Of a DNA stretch of 35,742 nucleotides, positions 34,181 to 35,742 are shown piece after piece (the stretch's first letter is position 1; the number at the start of each line of letters is the position of its first letter). A program made the position numbers and the translations under genes. Source of the stretch: Catajapyx aquilonaris (Eukaryota); contig JYFJ02004054.1 of the NCBI GenBank assembly GCA_000934665.2, positions 1 to 35,742 of the forward strand, written 5' to 3'. The notes below the pieces were generated by a model. It was not told the DNA's origin. It did no database searches and worked only from the letters and a program-made list of their open reading frames with translations.

Positions 34181-34578
34181 AGTGCCCACATTGAAAGTGA
34201 ATTTAAAAAACTGCCACTTGATGACTTGGTAGGTTGATCAATCTCATGAACAGTGGTTTCCTCTGCTTCTATATCTTCTATATAAATTTGTGCATCATTA
34301 TCACTTTCATTATCAGACCCATCATATTCAGCATCACTGCCCGTGCGGAGTGGATCGCCATCAATAATGCCCTGCACACCTACAGGGCACTCATTTTGTT
34401 CAGAACTGACTGATTCAGTGTCAGGGACCTTGTTGGAGCCTACAGATAATGACGAGAGAGATGATCCTCCAGTTGGAAGATCATTTCTGTCATCATTATC
34501 TGCACTGGCCAAGTTAATCAAGAAGAGCGACTCCGAAGTGTGGTACTGTCTTTTATAGGTTAGGTTATGTACAGGCAT
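34181..34578 (-). pseudogene. Acidic N-terminal fragment of a possible EnSpm/CMC-type transposase
   Basis: Acidic low-complexity ORF ending FLNSLSMWAL (L..WA motif), cut by the LTR-like block, upstream of the DUF4806-like exons on the same strand. Confidence 0.35.
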
Positions 34579-35297
34579 GGTGGGTAAGGATGGTGTGTAC
34601 GCTAGATACAGATATACAAGATAACAGGAAAGGCACGAGGCTGTTGACCAGTGCAGTCAACTTACAAAAGTAGGGGAATCAAAAGGGCTGAAGGCCAGGG
34701 TAAAATACAACGGTACGCACATGATTATTCCAATAGCAAAAAGTGTGATGACACGTGCGCTCATGTCTACAAATAACCGGATCACATACATCATCGTTAG
34801 ATACGGTCACAATATCATTAGCATATTATTATCTAAACCCATATATTCTCAGGCATGGATTCAGCATGATGGAGAACCCAACAGAAACTGAAACCAACCG
34901 TGCTGCCCATCCTCCTATAATGCATATTATGCATTGACTATTTGTTGCCAAAGGTGTCCTAGAGGTAACAAACCCCTGAGGAGCTTTCCCTGCAGAGACA
35001 TCTTCGAGAGAATAAGTTGGGAAACGGCCAGGATTCCTCTTGGGATTCTTAGTCCTTCTCATATTAGGACTTAATGTTGTATTGATGAGGTCCAAATCTT
35101 CATGTAATCCTTCCGGAGGTTCTTCCATTCTCGAAACGCTTGACGGCGAGTTACGGTTTAATTCCTCTGCTTCAGGATTGCAGTTTTTATTAGAAGCTAC
35201 ACCTTCATCCTCGCCTTCACCTTTAAGGCAGCTGTTCCCATCCTGTTCTTCAACTTGCAGCTTTCTAGTTGGTAAAACAGGCACCTTGTTGTAACAG

Positions 35298-35600
35298 CCC
35301 AGGTAGCACAGACATGTCGGCCCAATATAGGTAGAACGGCTGAGCCAATATCGGTACAATATTGGGTGACGATATTGGACCAACCTAAAAGTGTTAACCT
35401 TTTGCCTCAGTTGGCCCAATATTGGGTGACAATACCGGCCTAATATCGTCACCCAATATTGTACCGATATTGGGATTGGCGATTGGGGAGGCAAAATGTG
35501 CACTGCATGTCGGTCCAATATCTGCTGGCGACATTGGACCGATATATTGACTCATCCGTTATGCCAATATTTGGCCAGTGTCGCCAGTCAATCTATATAG
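35298..35600. mobile_element. Partial MITE with CCCAG terminus and ccaatat/atattgg palindromic repeats
   Basis: Starts cccaggtagcaca. 34-bp near-perfect inverted repeat 35345-35378 / 35440-35473. The second terminus is absent. Confidence 0.65.
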
Positions 35601-35635
35601 GTACGTTAACACACTGTAATAAAAATAGTTTTAAG

Positions 35636-35742
35636 GAAATCTCCGAACTGCGTATGCGTGCTGCGGGAAGACCGGAAGAGGCCAAGCTGGTGAAGGAGGG
35701 ACTTCTCAGTACACCAAAGCGTGCAAAGAAGATCAACGATGC
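35636..35742 (+). pseudogene. Possible second Transib transposase N-terminal fragment
   Basis: Translates MRAAGRPEEAKLVKEGLLSTPKRAKKI, paralleling LHQAGKRDSAEIVQELYTASPNRGTPI in the Transib at 11.8 kb. Runs off the window. Confidence 0.45.

Noticed and set aside
34829..35518. 229-aa ORF as a gene
   Set aside because: The first third is MITE palindromic sequence and the rest is low-complexity with no identifiable domain.

Overview
Eukaryotic (arthropod-like) transposon-dense DNA with no intact host gene. The left 14 kb is a nested series of decayed elements, mostly on the minus strand: Gypsy gag with PBS/LTR, AcademX-like, hAT Buster/Charlie, pogo-like, PIF/Harbinger, Transib and a Gypsy integrase tail. 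The centre (~14.2-32.1 kb, all minus strand = rRNA sense) is an rDNA-retrotransposon stack built on only ~73 bp of 28S rRNA. In order it holds a 5'-truncated R2 at its canonical site, a 266-bp non-coding insertion with an RTE-like head, (CTAAA)n tail and 12-bp target duplication between the R2 and R1 sites, and three different R1-clade elements head-to-tail at the R1 site. One R1 has an intact 1176-aa APE-RT-RNaseH ORF2, and two carry covarying RNA structures in their 3' UTRs. The right end holds a spliced DUF4806-like gene fragment with a fold-back mariner in an intron, a possible solo LTR, a palindromic MITE and a second Transib-like fragment. Three single-N gaps in G/C homopolymers (4851, 22015, 30709) limit conclusions about linkage. 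Family calls rest on motif recognition, not database searches.
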